The notes below the pieces were generated by a model that saw only the letters and a program-made list of their open reading frames with translations, did not search any database and had not been told where the DNA came from. From Treponemataceae bacterium (lineage in GTDB: Bacteria; Spirochaetota; Spirochaetia; Treponematales; Rectinemataceae): a stretch of 64,000 bases of DNA. The stretch's first letter is position 1, and each line of letters opens with the position of its first letter. The translations under genes and the position numbers were made by a program. Positions 38,423 through 49,024 of the stretch are shown here, in pieces. The DNA lies in assembly GCA_963678065.2 (NCBI GenBank), contig CAXXVZ010000002.1, positions 544,001 through 608,000 on the forward strand. Reading direction: 5' to 3'.

Positions 38423-40308
38423 TGCACTCTCCCGCGCGGGATGCGCCTGATCGACACGACGCGGTCGAAGGGAGTGAAGGCGGTAAAGTACACCGAGAAG
38501 TGATCGCGGCTCCGGGATTCGCTTCCATACGTCCCGCCCGTATCCCTGTGCGCGGCGAAAGCGGGCCCGATCGCCAGCGCGTCCCCGCCGAGCGAGGCCC
38601 GGACCTCGCCTTCGCGGACGAGGATCGATTCTCCCGCGCGGCCTTCGAGCCGGAATGAATCCGACTCGACGAGGCATCCCGACGCCAAGCCGAACTCGAG
38701 GCGGAAGGGCACGCCCTCCCATCCCTCGACGGAGAGGCGGATGTCGACCCCATCGCCCTCGACGCGCCCGGACACGGCGACGGCAAAGTCGAGATCGGGA
38801 CCGGCGAGGCGGGGCCTCGACCTGTTGTCCATCGCCCACCAGTCGCTCGTTCCCGGCGCCTCGTCGAAAGGAAGATAGTACCAGCCGGCGGCCTTGTACC
38901 GCAGGATGTAGGCGCCGTCCTCCTTTTCAATGGAATCGGCCCTGAACTCGCGCTTGTCGAACCAGGCGACGCCGAGCTTGAGATACACGGAGAAGGCGCC
39001 CGACTGGAAATACAGAAAGCGGCCGGAACCGCGCAAAAGGGAGTAGCTGAAATCTTTCCGCCTCACCCGCACGATGCCGGAATCCCGGTAAAAGCGTTCG
39101 TAGTCGGCGGAGAATGTCGAGCCTCCGTCCGGACCGCACAGGGGGATGGCAGCGAAGGCCTGCCAGACGCCGTCTGTCCCGCCCGGACTGGCGTCGTCTG
39201 GCCCGCGTGGACTGTCGCCGGCGCTGCTCTCGCTCTCGGCCCGCGCATAGTCGATCCCGCCGAACTCGAGCATGATCCAGTCGAGGAAATCCGGAGCGAC
39301 GCGTCCGGCCGCGATGATGCCGTCCATGATCCTGCGGGCGACCGCGAGGAATCCGGGCAGTTTGAGTTTTCCCCCCAGGTACAGGTAATTGAAGTAGTAG
39401 TTGTCGAGCCAGGTTTTGACGCCGCGGTCCTGCCGGGTCGAGTTGTTCGTGAACACGCTGCCGTCGGGCTCGATGTAGGTGAGCATCATTTCGAGGTTGC
39501 GTCTCGCGAATCCGAGATAGACCGGATCGGCCCTCTCGGCAGCGAGGATGATCATCTGGTCGTTGTTGACCATGTTGTAGTTGCCGGCCGAGCGCTCCGC
39601 GTATTCGCCCTCCCGGGTGCCGTCTATGCCCTCGCGCAGATAGTCCTCCGCCCGCGAGCGGTGTTTTTCGTTCCCGCCGATCGTGTAGCACGACGAGAGC
39701 GCGGCCGCGATGGCCCAGCGGTGATTCGGCGTGTGAAAGCCGCCCGCTGCCATTCCGTCTCCCGCCTTCAGGATGAGGGCGCGAAGTCTGGCCGCAATTT
39801 CCCCGAGGCGCAGAACAAGGCCCGCGCCGCCATCGCGGCCGGCGCACCCGGCAGCCTCGTTCTTCGCAGTTCCCGCGACATCGACGCCAGCCGGGCCCGC
39901 GCCGGCCTTGTTTTTCTCATCGGCCAGAAGCCTCTCGATCAGGCGGAGCGTGACGACGATCCGGTTGACGATGAAGGCGGTGTCGGGCGCCGAGCGGAAA
40001 TTGCAAGGCCTGTAATCGAAAGTCCCGTCCGGGTTCTGGACACGCTCGGCGTAGCCGAGAGCTTGCGAGAAGGCCTCCGGTATGGCCGGATTCAGGTAAT
40101 GGCGCGAGTCGCGGTTGAGGAAGACCGACATGGCCGCGGCGGCGAGGTGCAGCGTCGGCTTCGGGTCGGCGTATCCCCAGGTCATTCCGCCCCAATCGGC
40201 CACAACCGCCCCGAAGTCGGACGAGCGTGGATCCTCGATCCGGGCCGAAAGAAAGAGATCGGCCCTCGTTTCGGTGTCGCGGAGCATCCGCATCCAGTGT
40301 TCCCTCAC
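38419..40308 (-). CDS. Conserved hypothetical protein (possible alpha/alpha-toroid carbohydrate-active enzyme)
   Basis: Long ORF with SAPDTAF, GGFHTPNHRW, GEYAERSAGNYN and NNSTRQD blocks; GGAGGG RBS before GTG 40308; inside the GH38 operon. Confidence 0.7.
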   Translation of the reverse strand: MREHWMRMLRDTETRADLFLSARIEDPRSSDFGAVVADWGGMTWGYADPKPTLHLAAAAMSVFLNRDSRHYLNPAIPEAFSQALGYAERVQNPDGTFDYRPCNFRSAPDTAFIVNRIVVTLRLIERLLADEKNKAGAGPAGVDVAGTAKNEAAGCAGRDGGAGLVLRLGEIAARLRALILKAGDGMAAGGFHTPNHRWAIAAALSSCYTIGGNEKHRSRAEDYLREGIDGTREGEYAERSAGNYNMVNNDQMIILAAERADPVYLGFARRNLEMMLTYIEPDGSVFTNNSTRQDRGVKTWLDNYYFNYLYLGGKLKLPGFLAVARRIMDGIIAAGRVAPDFLDWIMLEFGGIDYARAESESSAGDSPRGPDDASPGGTDGVWQAFAAIPLCGPDGGSTFSADYERFYRDSGIVRVRRKDFSYSLLRGSGRFLYFQSGAFSVYLKLGVAWFDKREFRADSIEKEDGAYILRYKAAGWYYLPFDEAPGTSDWWAMDNRSRPRLAGPDLDFAVAVSGRVEGDGVDIRLSVEGWEGVPFRLEFGLASGCLVESDSFRLEGRAGESILVREGEVRASLGGDALAIGPAFAAHRDTGGTYGSESRSRDHFSVYFTAFTPFDRVVSIRRIPRGRVQ

Positions 40309-40360
40309 GCATCCCTCCACTACATTCGTCTTTTCCGATCCGCGCCATACCGGGCCGGCC

Positions 40361-41920
40361 TCAGTTCATTTCGTCATAGTAATCGTTTACTTCCTTCTGC
40401 ACATCTGCTCCGCCTGCCGCCATGTAGGTCTTGAGGAAATCGTCGAAGGACGAGACAGGGCGCGATCCGGTGATGATACCGATAAAGGCTTCGTCGCGGA
40501 TCTTCCTGAGCTCGGTGTCGTACTTCATCATCTTGGGCAGGCCGACCTGGATGAGCGACTGGATGCCGTACTTGTCGAATCCGAGCTTGTAGGCCCACTG
40601 CTCGCGCGGCTGCTTGAGCGGGAGCGGAACGGTGATCCACAGTTCGCAGCCGATCCTGCTCCAGTAGCTCGTGTCCTTGTCGTAGGGCGGAATGAAGGCG
40701 AAAGTGTCGGTCTCTTCGTCGAGAAGCTTCCAGTACTTGTCCTTGAAGCCGTACTGGATCGTGTTGCGCTCGACAAAGCTGTCGCTCGCGCTCTCGTCCA
40801 GAACCTGAAGGATCTTCTCGATCTTGCCGGGCGTCTTTTCGGCCAGCTTGCCGATCGTGAAGAAGTTCATGAGCATGTTGTACTGCTTGATGCCCTTCTT
40901 GCCGGTCGGACCGGTGAGAGGCATGCCGAACACGATCTCGGCCTTCGGATTGGCGGCGGGGAGTTCGAGGCCGTTCGCGACGGCGGGGGTGGGCTGGCGC
41001 TTGCCGTTCTCGTCGATGAGGTCGAAGGCTCCGGCCGTAGTCCAGTGGTAGTAGTTGCCGCGCGTGGAGAAGCCGATCCGGCCCTTGATGAAGGCGTGGG
41101 AGAGCTTGTTGTAGCCGCCCTGGTTTTCGCCTGTGATGAACTCGGGATCGAGGATTCCGTCCTTGTACCACTTGGCGAGAAGGGCGAGGGCGGTTTTAGC
41201 CTGGGAGGAGACGGTGGCATTGATGACCTTGCCGTTCTCGAGCATCCAGTAGTTCGTCTTCTCGTCGAAAGGAACGATTCCGAAGGCGCCGAAAACGGCC
41301 ATGAGTCCGTCCTTGGAGAGGCCGTAGGTGTCTTTCTTGCCGTTGCCGTCCGGGTCCTCGTTGGCAAACTTGTACATGAGGGTCTCGAACTCGGCGAGGG
41401 TTTCGGGAGTCTTCGTCACGCCGACTTTCTTCATCCAGTCCTTGCGGTAGACTAGAGGGATGCGGAACACATTCGTGGGATTGACCGCGGGGATGCCGTA
41501 CAGGGCCCCGTTCACCTTGCCCATGTCGAGGTAGCCGGGAGCGTAGGCCTCCAAAGCCTTGTACAGCCGCGGCGCGTTGGCCTTGAGGAGGGCCGGATCG
41601 ATTTTCGCGAGGACGCCCTGCTTCACGTAGGTGGTGAGGGTGGATGCCTCGCGGAGGTACATCAGATCGGGCACTTCACCCGCCGCGAGCTTGATGTTCA
41701 GGAGCTCGTGGTATTTCTGGTGGTCGATGTTGATCACCTGGAAATCGGCGTTGAACTTGTCGCCGTAGTACTTGAGCATCTCTCCGTCGGCGTCGGTGGG
41801 GGCCATCTGGTAGTTGGCCACCGTGATCTTCATCCGCTTGCCTGCCTGGGCCCATGCCGATCCGCTTAAGACGAGGGCGATGGCGACGACCGCGAGGGCC
41901 TTCGTTTTGAACAGCTTCAT
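40361..41920 (-). CDS. Oligosaccharide ABC substrate-binding protein (LplA-like)
   Basis: Signal peptide; YRKDWMKKVG...PETL.E; DPDGNGKKDTYG; AGGAGG RBS. Confidence 0.92.
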   Translation of the reverse strand: MKLFKTKALAVVAIALVLSGSAWAQAGKRMKITVANYQMAPTDADGEMLKYYGDKFNADFQVINIDHQKYHELLNIKLAAGEVPDLMYLREASTLTTYVKQGVLAKIDPALLKANAPRLYKALEAYAPGYLDMGKVNGALYGIPAVNPTNVFRIPLVYRKDWMKKVGVTKTPETLAEFETLMYKFANEDPDGNGKKDTYGLSKDGLMAVFGAFGIVPFDEKTNYWMLENGKVINATVSSQAKTALALLAKWYKDGILDPEFITGENQGGYNKLSHAFIKGRIGFSTRGNYYHWTTAGAFDLIDENGKRQPTPAVANGLELPAANPKAEIVFGMPLTGPTGKKGIKQYNMLMNFFTIGKLAEKTPGKIEKILQVLDESASDSFVERNTIQYGFKDKYWKLLDEETDTFAFIPPYDKDTSYWSRIGCELWITVPLPLKQPREQWAYKLGFDKYGIQSLIQVGLPKMMKYDTELRKIRDEAFIGIITGSRPVSSFDDFLKTYMAAGGADVQKEVNDYYDEMN

Positions 41921-42067
41921 AAAACCTCCTTCTTTCCGCATGTCGAATCTCTATATCGAGGGAGAGGCTCACCGCGCCTTCCTCCCCGTTTCCCGCATCG
42001 AAGGCACGACGGCGGACTACCGCGCCGCGCCTGCACCGCACATCCCCATTCCCGTCGCAAACGCCTC

Positions 42068-43027
42068 TCAGCCCTTGAGCGAGCCCATCATGACGCCCTT
42101 GACGAAGTACTTCTGAATAGAAGGGTACACGCAGAGGATGGGCAGGGTGGTCACGATGATGGTGGCAGCCTTCAGCCCCTCGGGCGTCATGACCTCGGTG
42201 GCGCGCGCCAGCATCTGGGTCATCTCATCGGAGCCTTCGAGGACGATGCGCCGCATGACGAGCTGGATCACCTGGCCGCTGGCGCTGGATATGTAGATCA
42301 TGCTGTCAAACCACGCGTTCCAGTGCCAGACCGCCACCCAGAGGGCTATCGTCGCGATGATGGGCTTGCAGACGGGCAGGATGATCCTGAACAGGATGAC
42401 GATGTCGTTCGCGCCGTCGATCCGCGCCGATTCCTCGAGGCTGACAGGTATGGTCTGCATGTAGTTGCGCACGATGACGAAATTGTAGGCGCTCACGAGT
42501 TCGGGCAGGACGAGGGCCCAGACCGTGTCGCGCAGATGGAGCTTCGTGACGAGAAGGTATGTCGGGATGAGCCCTCCCGAGAAGAACATGGTGAACACGA
42601 TGAGACCGGTCCAGAAATTTTTGTTGGGGAAGGTTTTTTTGGACAAAGGATAGGCCAGAGCGAAGGTGACGAGGAGCGAAAGACCCGTTCCGAGCGCGGT
42701 CCTCACGATCGTGTTCCTGTATCCGATGCCGATGAGAGGATTCCCCAGGACCCTCCGGTAGTTCTCCCAGGTAAAGCCGCGTGGCATGAGCGAAAGGCCG
42801 TTGGCCGCCATGTCCAGCGAGGAAAATGAAGAGGCGAGGAGGAAGAGGAAAGGATAGAGCGTCGTGACGCAGAGCACGACCATGAAGGTGTAGTTGAAGG
42901 CCGTGAAGACCAGGTCATTCGCGCCGGTGATCTGCCTGACACGGACCGGTTTCATGCCAGGCGCCTTGGATTTCCCCGGTGAGTTTTCCGTGGCCTCGCC
43001 CGCTGTATTGCTCCGTATCTTTCTCAT
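42068..43027 (-). CDS. ABC permease (LplC-like)
   Basis: FTMFFSGGLIPTY, LEESARIDGA, WNAWFD and QKYFVKGVMMGSLKG. Confidence 0.93.
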   Translation of the reverse strand: MRKIRSNTAGEATENSPGKSKAPGMKPVRVRQITGANDLVFTAFNYTFMVVLCVTTLYPFLFLLASSFSSLDMAANGLSLMPRGFTWENYRRVLGNPLIGIGYRNTIVRTALGTGLSLLVTFALAYPLSKKTFPNKNFWTGLIVFTMFFSGGLIPTYLLVTKLHLRDTVWALVLPELVSAYNFVIVRNYMQTIPVSLEESARIDGANDIVILFRIILPVCKPIIATIALWVAVWHWNAWFDSMIYISSASGQVIQLVMRRIVLEGSDEMTQMLARATEVMTPEGLKAATIIVTTLPILCVYPSIQKYFVKGVMMGSLKG

Positions 43028-43039
43028 CGCGCCTGCCTC

Positions 43040-44044
43040 TCACCAGATCCCGTACTCGTTGATTCTCTTGGCAACCGCATTGGCGCCGAGAACGAGGGCG
43101 AAGGAGATGGTGTTTTTGAACAGCCCCACCGCGGTCGAAAGGCTGTATTCCATGTTCATGAGACCCGTCCTGTACATGTAGGTGCTCATCACGTCGCCCA
43201 CCTTGTACACTGCCGGGTTGTAGAGGTTGAAAACCTGGTCGAAATTGTCGTTCACCAGTTTCCCGATGGCCAGGATGAGCATGATGGTGATGACGGGCGA
43301 GAGCGAAGGCAGGGTGATGGACCGCATGCGAACCCAGCGGCCCGCGCCGTCGATTTCGGCGGCCTCGTAGAGTTCGGGATCGATCGAACTCAGGGCCGCG
43401 AGGTAGATGATGGAGCCCCAGCCTATGGACTTCCACACCTCGGTCACGACGAGGACGAAGCGAAACCAGGCCGGGTCGGCGAGGAAGTAAATGGGCTTCC
43501 CGCCGAGATTCTTTATCAGGATGTTTATAGGGCCTATGGAGGGCGAGAAAAACTGCATGAAGATGCCGCCCAGAATGACCCAGGACACGAAATGCGGCAG
43601 GTAGCTTATGGTCTGGAAGGTTTTCTTCGCGCGAAAATTGCGGACCTCGTTGAGAAGCAGGGCGAAGATTATCGGCGCCGGAAATCCGAAGACGAACTGC
43701 AGCACGCTGATGATGATCGTGTTGTTGAAGACCTCTCCGAAGCTTCTGAGCTTGAAAAGTTCCTTGAACACGGCGAGCCCGACCCAGGGGCTTTTCATGA
43801 TGCCGTCAAAAAAGTTGTAGTCCTTGAAGGCGATCACGAGGCCGTAGATGGGAACGTACTTGAATACGAGAAAGAACAGGATGCCCGGGGCGAACAGCGC
43901 GACGAGATAGCGATTCTTCCAGTATCGCGACGCCAGGCTTGGGACCTTCGGGCCTCCCGCTTGGGGGAGCGCCCCCTGGGCCGCCCTCGGGGCCGCCCGG
44001 AGGGCAGTCCTGAGGACGGAGGGACCCGAAACGCGTGAGCTCAT
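43040..44044 (-). CDS. ABC permease (LplB-like)
   Basis: FKYVPIYGLVIAFKDY, YLPHFVSWV and LYEAAEIDGA; start uncertain. Confidence 0.92.
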   Translation of the reverse strand: MSSRVSGPSVLRTALRAAPRAAQGALPQAGGPKVPSLASRYWKNRYLVALFAPGILFFLVFKYVPIYGLVIAFKDYNFFDGIMKSPWVGLAVFKELFKLRSFGEVFNNTIIISVLQFVFGFPAPIIFALLLNEVRNFRAKKTFQTISYLPHFVSWVILGGIFMQFFSPSIGPINILIKNLGGKPIYFLADPAWFRFVLVVTEVWKSIGWGSIIYLAALSSIDPELYEAAEIDGAGRWVRMRSITLPSLSPVITIMLILAIGKLVNDNFDQVFNLYNPAVYKVGDVMSTYMYRTGLMNMEYSLSTAVGLFKNTISFALVLGANAVAKRINEYGIW

Positions 44045-44222
44045 TGAAACCGTCCCGATCGTGGATTCATCGCCCCTAAAATCGTTTTCAGAAGGCGACA
44101 AATGTACAATCAGGTCGTTTTACGGATTGCGCAATGGAAGGTTTTTCCGAAAATATCAGTATTTCCGGGAAATGCCGGTTTTAACCGATTTCTGACGGAC
44201 TGGCGGAACAGCGTGCGAGACC

Positions 44223-46643
44223 TCAGGAACCGTCCCTGACCAGCCTTCTGTGCTCGTAGGGCGTTACGCCGAAGCGGGATTTGAACTGCCGTATGAAGTA
44301 GGTCGGGGTGTTGAAGCCAACCATCCTCGAGATCTCCTGGATGGACAGGTCGCTCGTCTCGACGAGGCGTCGGGCCTCCGAAAGCCTGGCCTGGGTGACA
44401 TAGGCCACGAAGTTTCCGCCGGTTTCTTCCTTGAAAAGAGTGCTCAGGTACTTGGGACTGATCCCCACGGCCTCGCCGACCACGTCGAGCGACAGCTCCC
44501 CCGCGAGGTGGGCGGAGATATATTCCATGACATTCCTGACAGCTACGCCGCTTCTGTTGTCCAGCCTCGACTCGACGAGGCCGAACAAGGTTTCCATCGT
44601 GCGGATAAAGGAGATGGAAAGGCTGTCTATGTCCGGGGATTCGGATCGGAGGGCGACGATCCTATCGGCGATCTCGTCCCCTTCCTCCTCCCCGAGCCTC
44701 GCCGAAAGGGCGTACTTGTGGGCCAGAGCCAGAAAGCTGTCGATCTCCCTGAAGCACCTGGCCGCGCTGGCGGTTCCGGATCGCGCATAGGCCGCGAGGC
44801 CCCGGATCGACGCGGCCACTCCCTCCCGGTCTCTCGCGATGAGGCGGGACTCGAACTCGTCGAGACTTTTCTGTGACAAAGCTCCCTCGAACTTCTCTTG
44901 CGCCAGAAGGTCATCCCGGTCGATGAAAACCGGCGTTTCGGGGAAGAAAAATCCATATTCCAGGAAGATCGCCGCTTCCCCGAACGAGGAGTGGAGCGCA
45001 TCCAGAGAGTCTACTCTCCGGCCGAAGGCGACGCGGGGGGACCATCCGAACTCCTCTCGTGCCCTCCCGATCCATCCGGCGGCCCTCGCCTCTTCGTCGG
45101 TTCCCGCGGCGACGATGAGGCCAATCCTGTTGCTCCCGAGCGATGTGGCGAGAACGCTGCGCCCGCCCGACTCCTCGATTTCCTCGGCAAAGCGGAACGC
45201 GATGGCGCGCCTGCCCGCCTCCGCCTCCTCTCTCGCCTCCGCGGCGGGAATGGAGACGAGAGCAGCGCGGCAGACGGAAGGAAAATCCTTTCTCTCGAGC
45301 AGGCGAAGCGCTTCGGCGATGTCCTGCGGCCGGTCTCCGGCTTCGAGCCCCGCGATCAGCTCGTGTTTGACTACCGGCCTGTTCCTCTCCAGCGTGGCAG
45401 ACAGCTCGTCCATCCGGGATGAAAGCCCTTCGATGGCGGTCCCGAGCACGCGGTATTCGTCCGGGTCGTCCGCGGGGAGCGCGACCTTGAGGCCGACCAT
45501 CGACTTCACCCGGCCAAGAAGGAGGCCCAGGGGATTGTAGATCCGGGATGCGAGGACGAGGGCGACCGCCACCCCCGAGATGATGGCCGCGGCGCATATG
45601 CACAGCACGATGTAGCTGATGCTGTCGCTCCTGCGGTAGAGCACGGCCAGGGGAATCACGTTCGCGAGGTACCAGCCGGTATTGGCGACCTGCATGATCG
45701 CGACGAGGTGCGGAGTCCCTCCTATCGCACGCACCGCCGTCCGCGTCCCCGACCCCGGTTTTTTGGCGACGGAGGCTATTGCCGCCCCCATCTGCGCGCT
45801 CCACGCGGGCGGAGTCGTCGAAGCGACAGGCTCGCCCGCCCCATCGACCACGAAGGAAACGCCTCTGTCCGTGAGCGGAAACTGTTCCAGAATCGAGGCG
45901 ATAACGTCCGTTTTCAGCTCGACCACGATTATCACCGAGGCCGAGGCGGGGTCGGCGAGTATCGGAAAGTGCCAGTAGGAGGCGTATCGCCGCAGGCCGT
46001 CCTTGATGACGAGGGGGCCCGCGGGGTCGGAAAAGGGGGCCCAGACTCCGGAAGTCCCCGCTCCGGCCTTCACGAGACGGTACCATGCCTCTCCCGGCGA
46101 TTCGCCCGAGGAACGGTCCCTGGAATGGAGCCCCGACGACGAAGAGATGACAATGCCCGCCTGGCGGAAATACAGGTGTATGGCTTCGATCCTGTCGAAA
46201 TAGCGGTTCGCGATCTCCTTCAGATACCGGTGTGTCATGTAAATCTTGACCGAGTTGCCGTCGGAGGGATCGTCGGGATCGAGGAACCCGGCCGTCGGCA
46301 GGGGCAACTGTCCCGCACATTCCATGAACAGCATCGTGGAGGGATTGACGACGTCGTACCGGAGTCTCTGCTCGATGTTCTCCATGAAGGATAGGTTGAT
46401 CCTCCGGAGTTCCTCGCTGTACCTGGCCCGGAAAAACATGTAGGAGGAAGCCGCCACGACCACCGCGACGATGAAAACCAAGAGGACGAAGGCGCCCAGG
46501 AGGCGATAGAACACGGAGCTGAAAGCAGACCTCGCCCGGAGAATCAGGCCTTCCTCAGTCCTGGCAAGGTTTTTCCTTCCCTTGCCCCGGGCCACTCCTC
46601 CCACACACGCCTCCGATCCCCGCGGAACGTCCGGAATCGGCAT
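44223..46643 (-). CDS. Membrane-anchored AraC-family regulator (YesS-like: TM - extracytoplasmic domain - TM - AraC HTH)
   Basis: Two hydrophobic segments flanking a Cache-like region; C-terminal YLSTLFKEETG...RL.EARRL...VGF...YFIRQFK; start uncertain. Confidence 0.85.
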   Translation of the reverse strand: MPIPDVPRGSEACVGGVARGKGRKNLARTEEGLILRARSAFSSVFYRLLGAFVLLVFIVAVVVAASSYMFFRARYSEELRRINLSFMENIEQRLRYDVVNPSTMLFMECAGQLPLPTAGFLDPDDPSDGNSVKIYMTHRYLKEIANRYFDRIEAIHLYFRQAGIVISSSSGLHSRDRSSGESPGEAWYRLVKAGAGTSGVWAPFSDPAGPLVIKDGLRRYASYWHFPILADPASASVIIVVELKTDVIASILEQFPLTDRGVSFVVDGAGEPVASTTPPAWSAQMGAAIASVAKKPGSGTRTAVRAIGGTPHLVAIMQVANTGWYLANVIPLAVLYRRSDSISYIVLCICAAAIISGVAVALVLASRIYNPLGLLLGRVKSMVGLKVALPADDPDEYRVLGTAIEGLSSRMDELSATLERNRPVVKHELIAGLEAGDRPQDIAEALRLLERKDFPSVCRAALVSIPAAEAREEAEAGRRAIAFRFAEEIEESGGRSVLATSLGSNRIGLIVAAGTDEEARAAGWIGRAREEFGWSPRVAFGRRVDSLDALHSSFGEAAIFLEYGFFFPETPVFIDRDDLLAQEKFEGALSQKSLDEFESRLIARDREGVAASIRGLAAYARSGTASAARCFREIDSFLALAHKYALSARLGEEEGDEIADRIVALRSESPDIDSLSISFIRTMETLFGLVESRLDNRSGVAVRNVMEYISAHLAGELSLDVVGEAVGISPKYLSTLFKEETGGNFVAYVTQARLSEARRLVETSDLSIQEISRMVGFNTPTYFIRQFKSRFGVTPYEHRRLVRDGS

Positions 46644-46724
46644 CCGGCGGCGGATCGATTCCCATTGTGACCCGCTTTCGCGGATTCTTCAATCGTACCC
46701 GCTGAGGCACGGCGGCCCGCGGCT

Positions 46725-47678
46725 TCAGTCCCACAGGCTATGCCAGTCTTTCCCGCGCCCGGCATCCTTTCTTTCGGTGATGGTCATGTCCTCCGTGATG
46801 TCGGCGCACAGAAGTGCCTGGTCCGGCGAATACCGCTTCTGGTTCTGCTCGATCTTCGTCTGACTCATGGACGCATAGCAGTAGACACAGCCGTAGGCGC
46901 AGGTGTCGTAGGCGCCGATGTCCACGCTGCGCACACAGCCGCAGCCCTGTCTCTGGTTCCGGTCTTTCAGATAACTTCCCGGCGACAAGCCCTTGGCCGC
47001 CCGAATTCTCTCGATCCGCGCTCCGTCGATGCAGGCTCCGCGGGCGATCCCGTACCGCGCAAGATCGACGGATTCGCAGCAGGTCTGAATGCGCATGCCC
47101 TGTCCTGCGGCGATTTCGCCCATCGCTCCGGCGAGCGCGACGATCTCCTCGTCGAGAAGTTCACGGAAGTGCCCTGAGTTGCTCTGTTTCCTGATGTGAC
47201 GGTACATGTCGAGGAAACTGATCACGCAGGTCTCCGTCCTGCCCGCGAGCCGGGCGGCGATGTGGCCGAAGCGCTCGATATGGAAGGCTATGTCGACATT
47301 CCTGCCGAGGAACACGGGATCGTAGCGCCAGACAGCGCGGTCCGGCCCGACCCGTTCCGACAGTTCAAGAAAAGTCCGGATCCGCGCGTCCATACCGGGC
47401 AAACCCGGTTCGAGGTCCTGTCCGTATGGATTGAGCGTGTGAAGGAAATAAAACGAGTAGCTCAGCTCCTCCAGCTCGGTGAGCCGGGAGAGGAAAGGTT
47501 GTGCGTTTTTCGTCCAGAAGACGATGCACTCGATCCCGGCAGGGTCCAGCGGGATTCTGGACGCGGAATGCGGATTGAAGGGATTCCGCGCGTAGGCGAA
47601 GCCCTCCCTGATTCTCCGGATGAACCACTCCCCGAAGAATGCGGGGATGTCGGTCCTTCTCGACGCGCTGATGATCAC
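46725..47678 (-). CDS. DUF1848-family protein
   Basis: IISASRRTDIPAF, VFWTKN, WRYDP, CGCVRSVDIGAYDTCAYGCVYCYA; GTG start overlaps the upstream stop. Confidence 0.9.
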   Translation of the reverse strand: MIISASRRTDIPAFFGEWFIRRIREGFAYARNPFNPHSASRIPLDPAGIECIVFWTKNAQPFLSRLTELEELSYSFYFLHTLNPYGQDLEPGLPGMDARIRTFLELSERVGPDRAVWRYDPVFLGRNVDIAFHIERFGHIAARLAGRTETCVISFLDMYRHIRKQSNSGHFRELLDEEIVALAGAMGEIAAGQGMRIQTCCESVDLARYGIARGACIDGARIERIRAAKGLSPGSYLKDRNQRQGCGCVRSVDIGAYDTCAYGCVYCYASMSQTKIEQNQKRYSPDQALLCADITEDMTITERKDAGRGKDWHSLWD

Positions 47679-48121
47679 TGCTTTCCCTTCGCTATGACGC
47701 GGCAGTCCGTGTAGACAGTTTTCCACTGCCCGTCCTCGCCCCGCTTTTCCGCAAAAGCCGTGTCGCCCTTTGTCCACCAGACAAGCTCCCTGTCGTCGCT
47801 GTACCGGGCTCCGGACGCGGATACCACATTGGGCAGGGTGTAGATTTTGCCATCGGGCATCGTCACTTTGACGAAAGAGAGGCTGTCGTCGGAAAGCGAG
47901 TAATACCGCGCCGTGATCCGCTCCGCGCTGCCGCCCGCAGCTCCGCCTGCGCCTGTGCTCCCGCCCGTACCGTCGACCCCGACTTCATACACGACAGCCT
48001 CGCCGCCCTTCACGGTCAAGTGCGTCGAGGCCTTCCCCGAGCAGCCCCCCGCGAGCAGGGCGACGAAAAAGACGAGCGCCGCCGCCGCCGAGCCGATTCT
48101 GCAGGTACGGATCGATTTCAT
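47675..48121 (-). CDS. MliC-family lysozyme inhibitor lipoprotein
   Basis: Lipobox-like LAGGC; LPNVVSASGARYS...WWTKG MliC/PliC motif. Confidence 0.82.
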   Translation of the reverse strand: MKSIRTCRIGSAAAALVFFVALLAGGCSGKASTHLTVKGGEAVVYEVGVDGTGGSTGAGGAAGGSAERITARYYSLSDDSLSFVKVTMPDGKIYTLPNVVSASGARYSDDRELVWWTKGDTAFAEKRGEDGQWKTVYTDCRVIAKGKQ

Positions 48122-48773
48122 GTTCTGCTTCCTTCCATAATAGACTGCTGGCGGGAGGCATCCCGCTGTGGCCGGTATCCGCAAGTCTGCGTTGACAGTT
48201 CTGGACTGCAGCGCCCATTATCGAGATGCTCCAAACTACCTATCGCGATCTCTGCCTCTTGAGTCATAGAGTATCGCAGGCTTGGGCCGGAAAGCGAGGC
48301 CGCAATGCCCTCATCCGTTTTCAGCGCCGACCCCTCTCGATCCTCCGCGCCTTCGCATCTCTCCGGGCAGGCACAGGCATTCTCCTTCGCCATGGATTGG
48401 CTCAAGCCGACGGAGGCCTCCTCGCTCCCCTCGCCCTGAGGCTTCTTTTCGCGGGTTTCGCATATCTGGCAGGGTTCGGCTTTGCCATTTGCATGTGGAT
48501 CTACTGCGACTCTATGTCGTCGAGATGTCTTTCGACGAAAAAACTTCTCTGGTTGCGATAAAAACCCTCGCCCCGGTAAGCCTGAAAACATTCGCGATCC
48601 AGACACTTCCGCAATCGTCGTAAGCCGGCCTCACGGGGGATTCATACGCACTTTCGGACAGATGGTAAACGCCCCCTGGATACAAGTCCGCGTCGCGGAA
48701 AAAACTTCCCTTTATCGTCGATCTACAGGGCATGATCCACGACGGAAAGCTCTTCGGGAAACTATTACGGATC
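48103..48773 (+). repeat. Diverged direct repeat, copy 1 (paired with 59899-60654)
   Basis: Shared anchors: AGGTACGGATCGATTTCATGTTCTG, ATAGAGTATCGCAG, CAAGCCGACGGAGGC, CTATGTCGTCGAGAT and ATAAAAACCCTCGC. Confidence 0.9.
48305..48773 (+). pseudogene. Frameshifted and deleted paralog of the 60151-60690 membrane protein
   Basis: Homologous peptide blocks (ILLRHGLAQADGGLLAPL; YVVEMSFDEKTSLVAIKTLAP; VNAPWIQV) are split across different frames. Confidence 0.85.
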
Positions 48774-49024
48774 AGAAGCCCGGTAGGATAACCCACATTG
48801 CGAGGGTACGATAGGAGACGGGCAACTTTTCAGGAGAGATCCGGGTCACAGGCCTACATGCTGCTGCGGTTTTCAGCGAAGAAATCTCATTCCCTTTACG
48901 TTTCTACAAATAGAATCTTGACGCCATCCGGACCCTCTGCCACTATTATGAGGATCGCATTCCCGAGTGGAAGCGCGATCGGGAGGACAGGTGCTTCCTC
49001 CGAGCATGCATGGAGGTGTTTCCT

